Source of the DNA: Eledone cirrhosa
Lineage: Eukaryota
Reading direction: 5' to 3'
Assembly (NCBI GenBank): GCA_964016885.1
Contig: OZ024743.1
Span: forward strand, 99,262,001-99,326,000
DNA length: 64,000 bases
Shown: in pieces, positions 49,990 to 62,841 of the stretch
How positions within the stretch are numbered: the first letter of the stretch is position 1
Layout: every line of letters begins with the position of its first letter
Position numbers and translations under genes: made by a program
Notes under the pieces: model-generated
Databases searched by the model: none
The model's input: only the letters and a program-made list of their open reading frames with translations
Told to the model about the DNA's origin: nothing

Positions 49990-50372
49990 CATGGCTTAGT
50001 GGTTAGAGCATTGGCCTTGCAATTGAAAGGTTGTGAGTTCAATTCTCAGACTGGGTGATGTGTTGTTTCCTTGAGCAAGACACTTTATTTCACATTGCTC
50101 CCTGTTTACTCAGCTGTAGAAATGAGATGATAAGACTAGGGTCCCTATCATTCCACTGCAAAGTGGTTGTGGAGGGGCCACGGCAAAAAAGCACCCAGGC
50201 CCACACTGTAAAGTGGACATGTAGGCACCACGGAAAAAAACACCCAGTACTCACTGTAAATGAGGTTGGTGTTAGGAAGGGCATCCAGCTGTAGAAATCA
50301 AGCCAGAATCAGTTCCCGTCCCACCCTTGCAAGCAGGGAAAAGCGGACGTAAAATGATGATGATGATGATGA
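49990..50372 (+). mobile_element. Near full-length CORE-type tRNA SINE with two internal units
   Basis: Same family as 32623-33004. Confidence 0.9.
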
Positions 50373-50393
50373 TATGTATATATATATATGTAT

Positions 50394-51525
50394 GTAAAAG
50401 GTAAATAGAAATAACAACACAATCGGTACAGTATATGGAAGGGATATATTAGGTTAACGCTTGATATAGCAGAAAGAGGGTCTTAACGTTTCGGACGTTC
50501 GGGCGCGCTTAAAAGCAGTAATGGGTGGGTTTGGAAAAAAGCGAGAAGTGGCGGGGTCAGAAGAGAGGATACGGAAGGAATGGAGGATATGTCGCCGGAG
50601 TGGTAGGGTGATAGGGTGGCAGGTGAGAGGGAAAGGAACACGGGTGTTGGGAGGGTGGGGGTGAGGTGAGAGGGCTGTGGTGCGGTCTGTTTCACGGGCG
50701 CGGGTGCGAGGTGGGGGGATATCCACGCTGGATGAAGCAGGAGGCCATGCGTAGGGAATGGGTTTCGAAATCGTCGTCCTGGCTACAGAGTCGAAGAAGA
50801 CAGAGGAATTGTGAATAGGGTATGGAGTGTTTGGTGTGGGTTGGATGGGAGGAGGTGAAGTCAAGGTAAGATTGGGAGTCTGTTGGTTTAATGTAGATGG
50901 AAGTAGAGGAGACGGAGGCAGTGAAATTGAGAGTAGGAAGGAAAGATTGGACAAAAGAAAGAAAACAGTCGAGCTGTTCTCGTGATAGAGAGGTGGCGCC
51001 GATACAGTCGTCGATATAATGACTGTATAGCTCAGGAGTCGGTCCAGCATACTGGGAGAAGATCTGGGCTTTGATGTAGCCAACAAACAAGTTGGCATAG
51101 TTTGGACCCATTCTGGTTCCCACCGCTACCCAGAGACCTGCTGGTAAAATTCGCCCGAAAAAGAAAATTCATTGAGGGTGAGAACAAGCTCAGCCAGACG
51201 GAGAAGAGTGGTAGTGCTGGGGTAAGGGGTAGGGCGTAAATCTAAAAAATGCTGGAGAGCGCGGAGGCCGTCATCATGACGGATGACGGTATAGAGAGAA
51301 GTGATGTCCTGGGTAAAGAGAAGGCAGGAGGGACCAGGAGGGAGGAGAAAGAGTTGAAAAATCTCAGGGCATGATTTGTATCTTGGATGTGGGAGGGGAG
51401 ATTGCTGACCAACGGGGCGAGGATGGTGTCTAAATATTCAGAAATTATCTCGATAGGGAAGTTGCATGCAGAAACGATAGGACAGCCAGAATTATTTTGT
51501 TTGTGTATTTTGGGGAGGAAGTAGA
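50394..51525 (-). mobile_element. Penelope-like retroelement: frameshifted RT/thumb, GIY-YIG deleted, partial pseudo-LTR
   Basis: YFLPKIHK..PIVSAC, MGPNYANLFVG, YIDDCIG, YIKPTDSQSYLDFTSSHP..SIPYSQF..RGYP, then a junction into gtccgaaacgttaagaccc. Confidence 0.92.
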
Positions 51526-51680
51526 TATAAAGTATATAGATACATATAAAGGTGGCCATCAATTACAATTTTTGCTCAATGAAAGAATTAACTAAATCAT
51601 TCATCAATTAGTCAGAGCATTATAAAATTATAAATAGGTAAAGTAATTAGGATTTTTAAAAATCCCTCAAAATACTTCTT

Positions 51681-51769
51681 AATTCCAACTGCAGTTTCGT
51701 CCCTAAGACTAGCCTAAATATTACAATAATTTAGCATAAGGCTAGGAGAATGAGATTCATTGGGAAACC
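51681..51769 (-). ncRNA. Decayed hammerhead-like motif (family D)
   Basis: GGTTTC-CCAATGA-[long hairpin with CTAGCCT..AGGCTAG]-GAA-ACTGCAGT-T-GGAATT; palindromic stem III, mutated core. Confidence 0.5.
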
Positions 51770-51787
51770 TTCTCATAGATTGCTGAA

Positions 51788-52042
51788 TTACCATATTTTC
51801 AATGAAAAATAGTATCTCTGAATTTCAAATGGTTTGCGAAAATAATCAAGAATTTGGAAGTGATTTAGTAACTTTCTCATTTTTAAGCTCGTGTTTTGAG
51901 CCTAACTTAACAAAAGATTCTTAAGAAACGTTCTTATGTAAAATTATGATAAAAGGTTTTAGGATAACTAGAAACAATTTAAAATTAACTTATTTTTATT
52001 GTAGAACTAGGTTCAGTTTCAGGTGGTTTGGTATCAAAAGGG
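51788..52042. mobile_element. piggyBac-like MITE, family B
   Basis: Right end ttggtatcaaaaggg|ttaa; left end decayed. Confidence 0.65.
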
Positions 52043-52798
52043 TTAAATCTTGTTTATATTTGTAGAGGCATCCTAAGCATGACTGTATTTCTTCAACACA
52101 ATCTTAATTGAACTGAAAATAGACTTGTTCTTTTCACTTACATTGACAGCGTTAGGAAGAACATCCACAATTAAAACAACGACATTAATTATTATCTAAG
52201 GTTTCAAAATGATGTAGCAATAATTAGTATAGGGTAAAATACATTAAAGAATCTATGTAATATGACAGCTGCAGCTTCATAATGTCTGTATTCCCTCATA
52301 CTAGTGATCTGGGTCAGTGGCTGGTTTACAGAATATAAAGGTTGGAAAATATAGATAATGTCTGAGACCAAGTATAAGCATTTAGTTTACAATTAGTTTT
52401 GATTATCTGAGTGTATCATTTAGAGGGACAATTGACGTCCATTTTGCTAATAGGTTTTGGTTTGATATAGATGGATTAACATTCAGGTTTGGACAATTAA
52501 TGAGCTTATTATTGCTTCCCAACCAGTTCCTGGTTTGTCCTGTTGTGTGGCATCTTGGACAAGAGTCTTTTAATAGCCTTGTGAGTGAAATTTGATAAAT
52601 AGAAACTGAAAAAGCCCATTGTATATATATAAATATATAAACATTTAACCTTTTTCATACCAAACTGCTTGAAACCACCCAAGATTTATGACACAGAACT
52701 GCTCATTTAAAAATGTTTCATTAGAATTGTTGAGGAGATCAAATGGAAGGTATTGCTATTTTTATTAATGAGTTATGAATGAGTTACTATCCCATTAA

Positions 52799-53045
52799 CC
52801 CTTTTGATACCAAATCACCCCAAAAACTGCCCTGGATTTATGATACAAAACTGTCCATTTAAAAATGTTTATCTTTATTTTTAAAGCTTCAACCAGAGTA
52901 TTATATTAAAATGTTTTGTTAAGTAATGTTCTAAATATCAACTTACTAAGGAAAAAGTTATTTTATTGAATTCCACTAAACTTTTGTTTATTTTTTCAAA
53001 ATTAATTGAAACACACAGCCAGTGTATTTCATTAGAAATTCAAGG
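52799..53045. mobile_element. piggyBac-like MITE, family B
   Basis: TTAA|CCCTTTTGATACCAA ... aagg|TTAA. Confidence 0.7.
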
Positions 53046-53439
53046 TTAAGAGAAAACCTCCTTGGTATTATTTTTTCATGAGTATCATGATTTGATTGAA
53101 ACCTCACAAACATCTTATATTATTATTGTCAGTCATTGATTATATAAATTTAAATACAGGTTCAACAGGATCAATTAATTTAGCACCAAAGAAGAGATTA
53201 ACATATTAAACTACAATTTTGTTTTCATGAATATATTAAGACATGAAAATAGCATTTCAAATCAGGTGTTCTATTGATAAAGATTTTCAGAAAAATTGCG
53301 GAGGTGATCAAACATTTCTTCACATCTTTTTCACTCACATTGACACTTATTCTTTCATGTCTGGCACTATTTATATTTACTCTTCTTTCGTTGAACTGTT
53401 AAGTTAGAGGACATAAACACAGGCACACTTACATACACA

Positions 53440-53583
53440 CATATATATGTATCTATGTATGTATATATATATATACATATATATATATATAAATATGTGT
53501 GCGTGTGTATCCTTTATATATATATATGTGTGTGTGTATATATATATGATATATATACATATAAGTGTGTCTATATATGTATG

Positions 53584-53664
<81 letters not shown>

Positions 53665-53708
53665 ATATATACATATATGTGTGTCTATATATGTATTTAT
53701 ATATATGA

Positions 53709-53769
<61 letters not shown>

Positions 53770-53810
53770 CATATTCATATATATAGATACATATATACAC
53801 ACACATATAA
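53440..53810. repeat. Long (TA)n compound microsatellite
   Basis: Direct inspection; many similar tracts throughout the window. Confidence 0.95.
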
Positions 53811-53840
53811 GTCAGAATTATGTTTATTTAGCCTTTTCAT

Positions 53841-54980
53841 TACCATAGATTCAGCTATAAGTGCGAGGTCATCTACATACACGAGTTCCCATGGCATCCG
53901 GTCTTAAACTCCTCCGTTATTGCCTGCAGGACTATGATGAACAGGAGAGGGCTAAGAACAGAGCCCTGGTGGACACTGACCTGTATGCTAATGTATAGAG
54001 GAGCAGTCAGCAAAGTTAGGATTAGCAATGAGTATAGCGAGGAATTTAGCAGCAAACAGCCACAGGAAACAAGTACCACCAATCTCTGGGAGGGCTCTGT
54101 AGAAACAGTAGACAGCTTCTGCTACCTAGGTGACCAAATTAGCAGCGGAGGTGGGTGTTCAGAAAGTACAATAACTAGGGTAAGAACAGGATGGAAGAAG
54201 TTCAAGGAGCTACTGCCACTGCTAGCTGCAAAAGGCTTTTCCCTCAAAATGAAAGGCAGACTGTATGATGCGTGTATACAAACAGCAATGTTACATGGTA
54301 GTGAGACCTGGGCACTGACTGTGGAAGACTTGCGTAGATTAGAAAGAAATGAAGCCTGCATGCTCCGATGGATGTGTAACAGTAATATACGCAAACAGCA
54401 AAGCATAAATAAATTGAAAGAGAGACTGAGCATAAGAGGAATCAAATGCTGTGTGCAGGAGAGGCGGTTGCACTGGTATGGACATGTGATGCGTATGAAG
54501 GATGACAGCTGCATAAAAAGGTGCAGAGCGCTAGAAGTTGATGGAAACCGCGGAGTGGGGAGACCCAAGAAGACCTGGGATGAGGTGATAAAAGCCGACC
54601 TTACCCAATTACACCTCTGGCGACACGCAGTAATACAGAAGACCCGACTCCCCCACAGGTACAAGCCAAAGCTGAAGCATATAGACAATATGCCCCCACA
54701 CCCTCCCACTGCAAAGTGGTCGTGGAGGTGCCACGGCAAAAAAGTACCCAGCCGTCACTGTGAAGTGGACGTGTAGGCGCCACGGAAAAAAAGCACCCAG
54801 CACTCACTGTAAATGAGGTTGGTGTTAGGAAGGGCATCCAGCTGTAGAAATCAAGCCCAAATCAGTTCCCATATGAGCAAGACAAGGTCAGCCGACCGAA
54901 CACTGCCCACAACAGGACAACCCGTCTAACCCATGCTAGTGTGGAAGAACGGACGTGTGATGATGATGATGATGATGATG
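53841..54980 (+). mobile_element. RTE subfamily 1 copy with a 5' inversion and an internal deletion
   Basis: 53841-53991 is an inverted RT piece ([19 protein letters not shown]); the forward part is open to the ORF end; 3' UTR and (GAT)n tail. Confidence 0.92.
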
Positions 54981-55639
54981 ACATCATATCCCTGTCATAA
55001 TAAGCAACTAAAAGAGTAGGTGGCAGAAAGGGCATCCAGACATAAAACATTGCCTCAAAAAGTCCTGTCCAACCCATGCAAACATAGAAGAGTCAAGATA
55101 AAAGTGAAAGGCAATGGGCCCAGAGCTCTTGATGTATTTGTAGGGGTGTTGTCATGAGATATTGTACATTTAAACAAAGTTTTGTTTTTTCCTCACTATG
55201 ACAAACACCAAGAGAAATTGTGGACACATCTGTGGCCTGTCATTATGTGACGGGTGTCATGTGCTAAAACTAATAAAAGTCATTAGCTTACCTTTAATTA
55301 CTGAAATCTAATCCAAAATTTAATGAGATCTCTAGGTTTCAGGAAATAGGAAAATAAGTAAACAGACAATCAAGTGTAAATAAGATAATTAAATTTCAAA
55401 CATTAGAACATTTGTCTCCAGTGGAGCTTTGTTTATAATGAAATATGAGCTGTTGAATTGCAATAATAAACATATTAGGAAGACAGTTAAGTAAGTAATT
55501 AGAGATGATTGATTGTTGTCAATTGTTGATGGTTGTAACATGAGATGAAATTGTAGCAGAGATTGTTTTATGTATTGTGTCATTATTGGGTGAAATTTCA
55601 AAGACCACACGGGTCAACACAAACTCTAACTATGCCAAC

Positions 55640-56030
55640 ATCATCATCATTTTACATCTGCTTTCCATGCAGGCATCGGTTGGATGGGTTGTCATGGTCA
55701 GAGACAAGACACAGTTAAATAACTATGCAATGCTCATGTGTTCCATATTTTGGCATGGCTTTTACAGCTGGATGCCCTTACTAATACCAAACACTTTACA
55801 GAGTATATTGGGTGTGTTTTATCATGGCACCGCCACTTCCTCTTTACAGCACGTACTAGGTGCATTCTTTTGAGGTGCCTACATTACCATTTAACAAAGC
55901 ACACTGAGTTTATTTTATTGTGGCACCAGTATTACCACTTTATAGAGTGTACTGGGTGCATTATATCATGGCACCAGCACTATCAACTTACAAAATCTAT
56001 TGAGTGCCTTTTATTGTGGCACAACACTAG
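55640..56030 (-). mobile_element. Old SINE/RTE tail with a decayed tandem array of the ~45-bp unit
   Basis: About five diverged cactttacagagtgtactgggtgc..tttt..gtggcacc units after tacagctggatgccctt. Confidence 0.6.
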
Positions 56031-56941
56031 CATTTTACATAATAAGGGAATAGAAATAGATAAGTTGAAATTATCTTTTTATGATAATGGGTTGTCCACT
56101 GTATTGCAAGCCTAGGGCACAAAATACCCCAGTGACAGCCCTAATTTCAATAATTATAAATACTTCTTCTTTCTCTTTCACTATTACTATAATAGTAGTA
56201 CTAGTACTCATGGAAGTGGTGTGGATTGGTAGTATCGAGAGAGCATTAGACAAAATGCTTTGTGGTATTTAGTTCCAACTTTCTATGGTCTGAGTTCAAA
56301 TCCTGCCAAGGTCAACTTTACCTTTCATTCTTCTGGGGTCAATAAAATAAAGTACCAGTAAAATATTTAGGTAGATATAATCAACTTTCTCCTTTCTCCA
56401 AATTGCTGGCCTTGTGCCAATGTTAGACAACGCAATGACTCAGTTTTTTCTACATGAAGTGTACAAACCACATAATAATGATTAGTGAGATTATTTGATG
56501 CTATGAAAAGTGTCCCTGGAGAGATGCTGTGCTTAAAAGAACCCAACTGACCCATCCAGACATGGAAAAGCAGGCAGAAAATGATGATGATGATGATTTC
56601 AAATTAAAATACAACCTGTTTTGATAAAATTCTTTGAAAATGTTTAATTTAAACTGGCTTTGTAAAACAACTATAACTATTTTATATATTCATATATTAA
56701 TGTGGTGCTTTGAAAAGTACTTAACAAAAGGTTCTTTGATAAATCTATTATGAAATGTGTCTCAAAACAACTCTAATTGCAGCTAAATACAAAGTTATTT
56801 ACATTTTGTGTAAATATTAACACATAAAATGAATCATTAGCCAATATTATGTAGTTACTAAATGCTCATTATTAATCAGCTATATGATCTGAATTTCTGC
56901 TGGAATCAAAAGCACCCCCACACTGTGTCTTAAATGTTTAA

Positions 56942-57162
56942 CCTGTTAGCATTCAAACTGGTTGTATCCGGCCAGAATTTTCTCACCTTTTTCTATTCAA
57001 ATCAGCTGTAACTGGCCACTCATATTGATGTTAAGGTATTGTTCTCAAAATAAATAATATCAAAATCTCATAGATTCAATATTATGTGAGATAATTATGT
57101 AAGGTAAAGCCTTTACTGTGAAAATACAATAGTATATATGGAGTAATGTAAATGCTAAAGGG
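56942..57162. mobile_element. piggyBac-like MITE, family A
   Basis: TTAA|CCTGTTAGCATT ... AATGCTAAAGGG|TTAA; colinear with 13226-13443. Confidence 0.85.
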
Positions 57163-60100
57163 TTAAACCAGATGAAGCACATCTATTTCCAGGTCTGAAC
57201 ACTGCTGTTTTCTTCTAAAGAAGAGAACGAGCAAGAGAATGAAAGTGAGAAAGTGAAGGAGAAGAAGAATCAATTCCAATACTGGACTTGTACCCTGGAA
57301 GCATGAATGGCAATGTTAACCTTGGTAAAATTTGGTCTTTCAGCTGAAAAAGATCAGGAAGGAATACCAAGCTGCATTCTATCAAATGTTCATCTCTGCC
57401 ACATTGTTATACTTATCTCTAAAGTGTCCTAATTTCATGCAGTATATCCTTCTTTTTGTTTTGTTTACATTTTGTGTAATGACTGGTCTCTACTAAATTG
57501 AAATAATTACAAATAGTCAATAGTCTTGGGATGATTGATTGTGTTCAGTTTCTTTCAAACATTTTTAAAGAAAAATATTTTAATTTTTTTTCTCCCATCA
57601 TCCTCTTTCTGAGAAACAATAACATTGCCATTCCTTAGACACTCAGTGGAACATCTGGCTCAAATACACCAAATTTTATTCTTGAGACATATTTTATTTT
57701 ATTAGCTCCATTCAAAAACCATTCAGATTCAAAGTCTCTATTATTAAATCAGAAACATATAATTTTACATTTAAAAAAAAAAGGCGAGACAAAACATTAT
57801 AGAAATAAGGGGAGGGGGAAATGAGTTTTGGAAAAAAATATTTTTTCATAAAATTGGAAAGTCCAATCTGGAAATGTTGGAGAGTGTAGAGCAAGTGTTT
57901 ATCTAGAGATAATCACATGTTATCACTAATGCTCTAACACTATGTTGCTATTTAACTTTAAGTATGCATAGATAAATCTCCAGTACTTTCATATTCTAGG
58001 ATGATAGGCAGTAATTGCTATGTTGTTTACCAATGTGGTTGAGTTCAATATTTTCTAAGTTTAGTATTATGCTTTCTGTTGTTGTTATTTTTGTTTTTTG
58101 TCCCACTAAACACAGAGATCAGATAAGAGTTTAATTTGATTCTCTCTCTGTTCTATAAATGGCCTTCTAAAGATTAGAACTATCTGTATAACAAGAAAGC
58201 TGGAACACAGACGAAAGTTTGGTGCCAGGAAGAAAATTGTTGTTTTGGTATAAATTTAATTTTTGGTGTAAATGTTTAAGTGTATGCGTGTGTGTGTGCG
58301 TGCATGTGTGTATTTTGTGTTTCTCTAGATTAGATAGATCACACAGTCTGCTGAGGATAGTGTTAAGGTTTTCAGTATGTCTAAATGTATAGTTTTGTTT
58401 TTAAATTATTCTTCAGTTGAAAGAAGATGGGTTGTGCTCATGACATTTAAAGCTCTCTTAGTAAGGTTGAGGTAACAAAGGAGTGGTAAGGGGGATGTGA
58501 GGAGATGTAGTTGGTCTCAGGTGCAGATATGAAGGGATCGAAAATTTCCTTTGGCCTGTTAATTAAGGTAAGGGCACCAAAAGTGTCTTTTCATCTGAGC
58601 ACTGAGAGGTATTGCTTAGTTTGAACTTTGACAAGGTAATCATAAACAGGAAGAAAATTTGAGAGAGGTCAACTTCTGGGGAGAAATAGGTAGAGACTAA
58701 TTATCCATCAAACCCTGCAGTAAAACATTCTAATCATTAGACAGTGACCCTTGCAGGATTTGGTGGAGGAGGGGATTAAGTGCAAAAAAAAAGGGGAGTT
58801 CATCAGAGGAACAAAAACTGATATAGAAAGTGGATAGGAGTTTGTGGGATTATTGATGTTGTGTGTTGGTGAAGGATCTTTGTCAGTCAAACAAATTTTA
58901 TTTGCATATTGACTTGAATGTTTGCATGTGTGTAGCTGCAGCTCTGCTCAGTAAGTGGACAAGACTTTAAACATGTTTGCACTTAGTTCTATGATACAAA
59001 ACTATTTGTTCTAAAGTGTTTATATTTATCTAAACACCTTCAATGATAATTTTATGTAAGAACTTTGTTTATGTTCCAAACACCAACTTAGTAATGAGAA
59101 ATTTAGTTGTACTACTAATTCCCTCCAAATAATTTCCAATCTATTTGAAAATCACAGGTAGTGTCTTTCATAAAAAATACGATAACAAAAGGTTAATAAA
59201 AAGCTGCCAAGATTGATTATGCCTATGTCAATGATTTTTAAATCTGAGTACCTCAGGTAATGAATATGTGTGGTATTTGAGTATTTCAGCATTGTTTAGG
59301 ATAGTTTTAGTATGAATCCAGATGCTCATTAAGATACACTGTGATAAATCATTCTAAACTTAATAGTTCAATACCATGACAATAATTTCACTTGAATGTT
59401 TGTCAGGACGCCATACAATTGTAATTTGCAAGTAAAATTTCCCAAATAAATAAAGCATGCCACAATAATTACTGTATCCATTATTCAATCGAAAACTTGC
59501 AGAATATTTAACACAGAAATTTGCCATATTTATTCATGATCCAAACAATTTACTCCCTCAATACATAAAAGAAAAACAAAGAAAAATAAATAAAATAAAA
59601 AGTGCACCAGATATTGACATTATTATATCATTAGAACAGTCAAGAATCTTTGCAGAGAGATCACTGTCACAATTCTGTTTTCCTGAAGAAATCAATAGAT
59701 TTATTTCACTCAAGAAAAACCTTGCTTACTTTGTTACTCTGTGGGTGTGAGAATTTCCCAAGAAAGTACATGCTTCTCTGTTTATATGTGTGCGCATGTG
59801 TGTGTGTGCGTACGTGGGTGTTTTCTCAGGAATTTGTCTCAGAAAGCAGAACGAAATGAGAAGAAAAAATAAATTGAATGTTTAAACACAAATTAAATCA
59901 ATATAGTTATGGGCAAAGTACTTTTACTAAATGATAGCATTAAGACTGTGAATGAGTGAACTGCTTCGGAGGTAGAGGCAGGTGGAGATAAAGATAAATG
60001 GAAAGTTGAATAAGAAGACATTTGGAGTGTGAAGAGAAAAGGTGATGAACAAGACAAGCAATGAATTAATAGTATAATAAGTAAGTTGGAATGGATAAAG

Positions 60101-61080
60101 ATGGAAGTTTCACTGAGATGTTAGCATTGAGATTAAGTCGATCATTGAAAAATAATGTAAGAATAAATGAACGAATATATAGATAAGAGATACTTATTCA
60201 AGTTGATGGAGTGGGATGGCATTAGGGAGTAACTACCTGATAAATGTTTAGGGCCATCTATGTGAAATCTAACACTTTTCATACCAAACTGTGTGAAATT
60301 GATCCTGGTTCTATAATACAAAACTGCTTTTTCTAAAATGTTTATATTTATCTAAAAAACTTCCATCATGATTATATGTAAGAACCTTTGTTAAGCAATG
60401 AGAAAGTTCATTATTTCACTAAATCTTTCTAAATTCTTGATGATATTCAAAATGAGTTGAAACACACAGGCGGTGTCTTTCATTAGAAATCTGGTAATGA
60501 ATGTGTATGGCCTAAGGGTAGAGTGTAATGAGCATTTGGCATCATTCCAAATGTCAAATGCCCAAACTCAGTCTGTGCTTGATCCAAGAATGCACAACTC
60601 TCTCAAAGAGACATGTTATAGAAAGATGTGTCCGATGAATGGTGACCACACCTATTTAACATTATCATCATTAATGAATCTCTGCAAATGTGTCAGCCTC
60701 AGCACACACCTGCACACCAAGAACCATGATATTCTAATATCCCCCTTGTGGACTGCCTGACCAATGAAACCTGTTCCTTCCACAGAAGCTTAGAAGCATA
60801 TTACACCATGTAACAAAAGAATTTATTTTCTCTGTTCCTGACTTGTAATCACTTTTTTTGTGTTGCTTAGGTTCCAAATAAATAAAAAAGTGCTATTAAA
60901 CAGTTAAAAGTTTGGGTTTGTAAAAATTCTAAGCTATTCACTAGAATTATTTGTATGTTGGATTTTACGTTGTATGTAAGTTTAATTTGCTTATGTTAAA
61001 TGATTTATTTATATATGTTTCAGGTTAAATTAAAATTATAAAATAAAGAGTAATACCTAAAGAAAATTATAAAAGTGCAA

Positions 61081-61657
61081 TCTATATATATAAAACTGAG
61101 GTTGTCTGTCTGTCTATCGATTTTTGGCACACATCTCCTCTTAGAATCTCTCACGGAATTGCACCGAAATTGCTATACTTGTACATTGAGCCCTAGCGAA
61201 GACATCGGAAAAAAAATATTTCAAATTGACCCGCCCTATCTGACGAAATCGAATATAATGTATCGATTTTTGAGCGTAAGTGATCAGTTATTTCCCTTTG
61301 TTCTGTTTACATTTAGCGTCTTACGTTCTGTTACGATACACGAACAGTTGTCGAGCCAGCAAAATTTTGACCTGCAAAATTCATCAGTTCGAACACTAAG
61401 CTTCCGTTTTGCTTCATTTCCATTTAAAAGCTTTTTAAAACAATATTTTTATTTGAAAACAAGTCTATTTAAAGACTACGTAAAACAAGCAAATATTTCG
61501 TAAAAAAAGGCAAATATTATATAAGTTTATTTTAAATATATGTATCTGTAAATTTCGTTAGGCGTGCTGACAGACTTTAAGCCAAAAAAGAAACTTAACA
61601 TTGTAACTTTAACACAGCTACTGAGCGACCCCGAGCAACGCCGGGCTTTACTGCTAG
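61081..61657 (+). mobile_element. Non-autonomous Helitron nested in the Chapaev-3 element
   Basis: A|TCTATATATATAAAA start, subterminal hairpin cccgagcaacgccggg, CTAG|T end. Confidence 0.88.
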
Positions 61658-61746
61658 TAAAGTATAAAATTGTTAAAAAGTGGATTAAAGAGATTTATTG
61701 ATACTGGATTTTCGCACCCTGAATAAAGGGTAAGTTGTGTTTTAAG

Positions 61747-62841
61747 CATTCGTCTCCAGGATGAAGCAGTGGAACTTGCTCAAGGAGGAAGTGCAGGTCA
61801 CAGGTCAGAGAAGTCGACACAAACCTTTCTCAGGCTTTTACACTCTTAGGGATGGCCTCTGCTTCTGCCATGACGTGCCTGGACTGTTTGACGTTATTGG
61901 GGTGCCGTTTGTGCCCAAGGAGTGGCGGCTATTTATAGACAGCTCCACCATAAGTTTGAAGGCTGTCCTCCTCCACAATGGAAAAAAGTTCCTGACACTG
62001 CCCCTAGCTCATTCAATCTGCCTGAAGGAAGATTACTACAGTGTGAAAGTCCTCTTGGAAGCTCTGCAATACAACCAGTACAATTGGGAAATTGGAGACT
62101 TCAAGATGGTGGCTTTCCTGCTTGGACTCCAAAGAGGCTTTATCAAATTCCAATGCTTCCTCTGCCTTTGGGACAGCAGAGCCACCTCCCTCTGACCACT
62201 ACAAAAGAAAGAACTGGGAGCAGCGAACAGAATTTGTAGTTGGGACCTGGAACGTCATGTGGGAGCCACTGGTTGATCCCAGGATTGTGCTCATGCCGCC
62301 ACTGCACATTAAGTTGGGGTTGATGAATCAGTTTATGAAGGCTCTCAACCAAGAATCAGCCGCTTTTAAGTACCTTCTTGAGTCCATCCCCAAGTTATCT
62401 GAGGCCAAAATCAAAAGTGTAATTTTTGTTGGACCTCAGATAAAGAAGGTGTTTGAGTCTACCGAGTTCTCCAATAAGCTCAATAGGATTGAGAGAACAG
62501 CATGGAACTGTTTCAAGGCAGTTGTTAAGGGCTTCCTGGGCAACTACAGAGCTGAAAACTACCAGCAACTGGTGCAGGATCTGATAAAGGCTTTTGGCGC
62601 CATGGGATGCAGGATGTCGCTTAAACTCCATATGCTGGACGCTCACCTGGAAAATTCAAGGACAATATGGGCGCCTACTCAGAAGAACAAGGCGAACGAT
62701 TCCACCAGGATGTGAAAGAGATAGAGCAGAGTTACCAGGGCCACTACAATGAAAAAATGATGGGGGGACTATATCTGGGGGCTAGTGCGGGAATGCGACC
62801 TGGACTACAACCGCAAATCCAGGAAATCCAGTCATTTCTGA
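61747..62841 (+). pseudogene. Chapaev-3 transposase pseudogene (N-terminus missing, about three frameshifts)
   Basis: EWRLFIDSS..SLKAVLLHNG, GDFKMVAFLLGLQ..CFLCLWDSRA, PPLHIKLGLM, MSLKLH, SEEQGERFHQD, DYIWGL..RKSR. Confidence 0.9.

Noticed and set aside
58400-58900. Old Penelope RT remnant
   Set aside because: Purine-rich with vague motifs only; could not be supported by eye.
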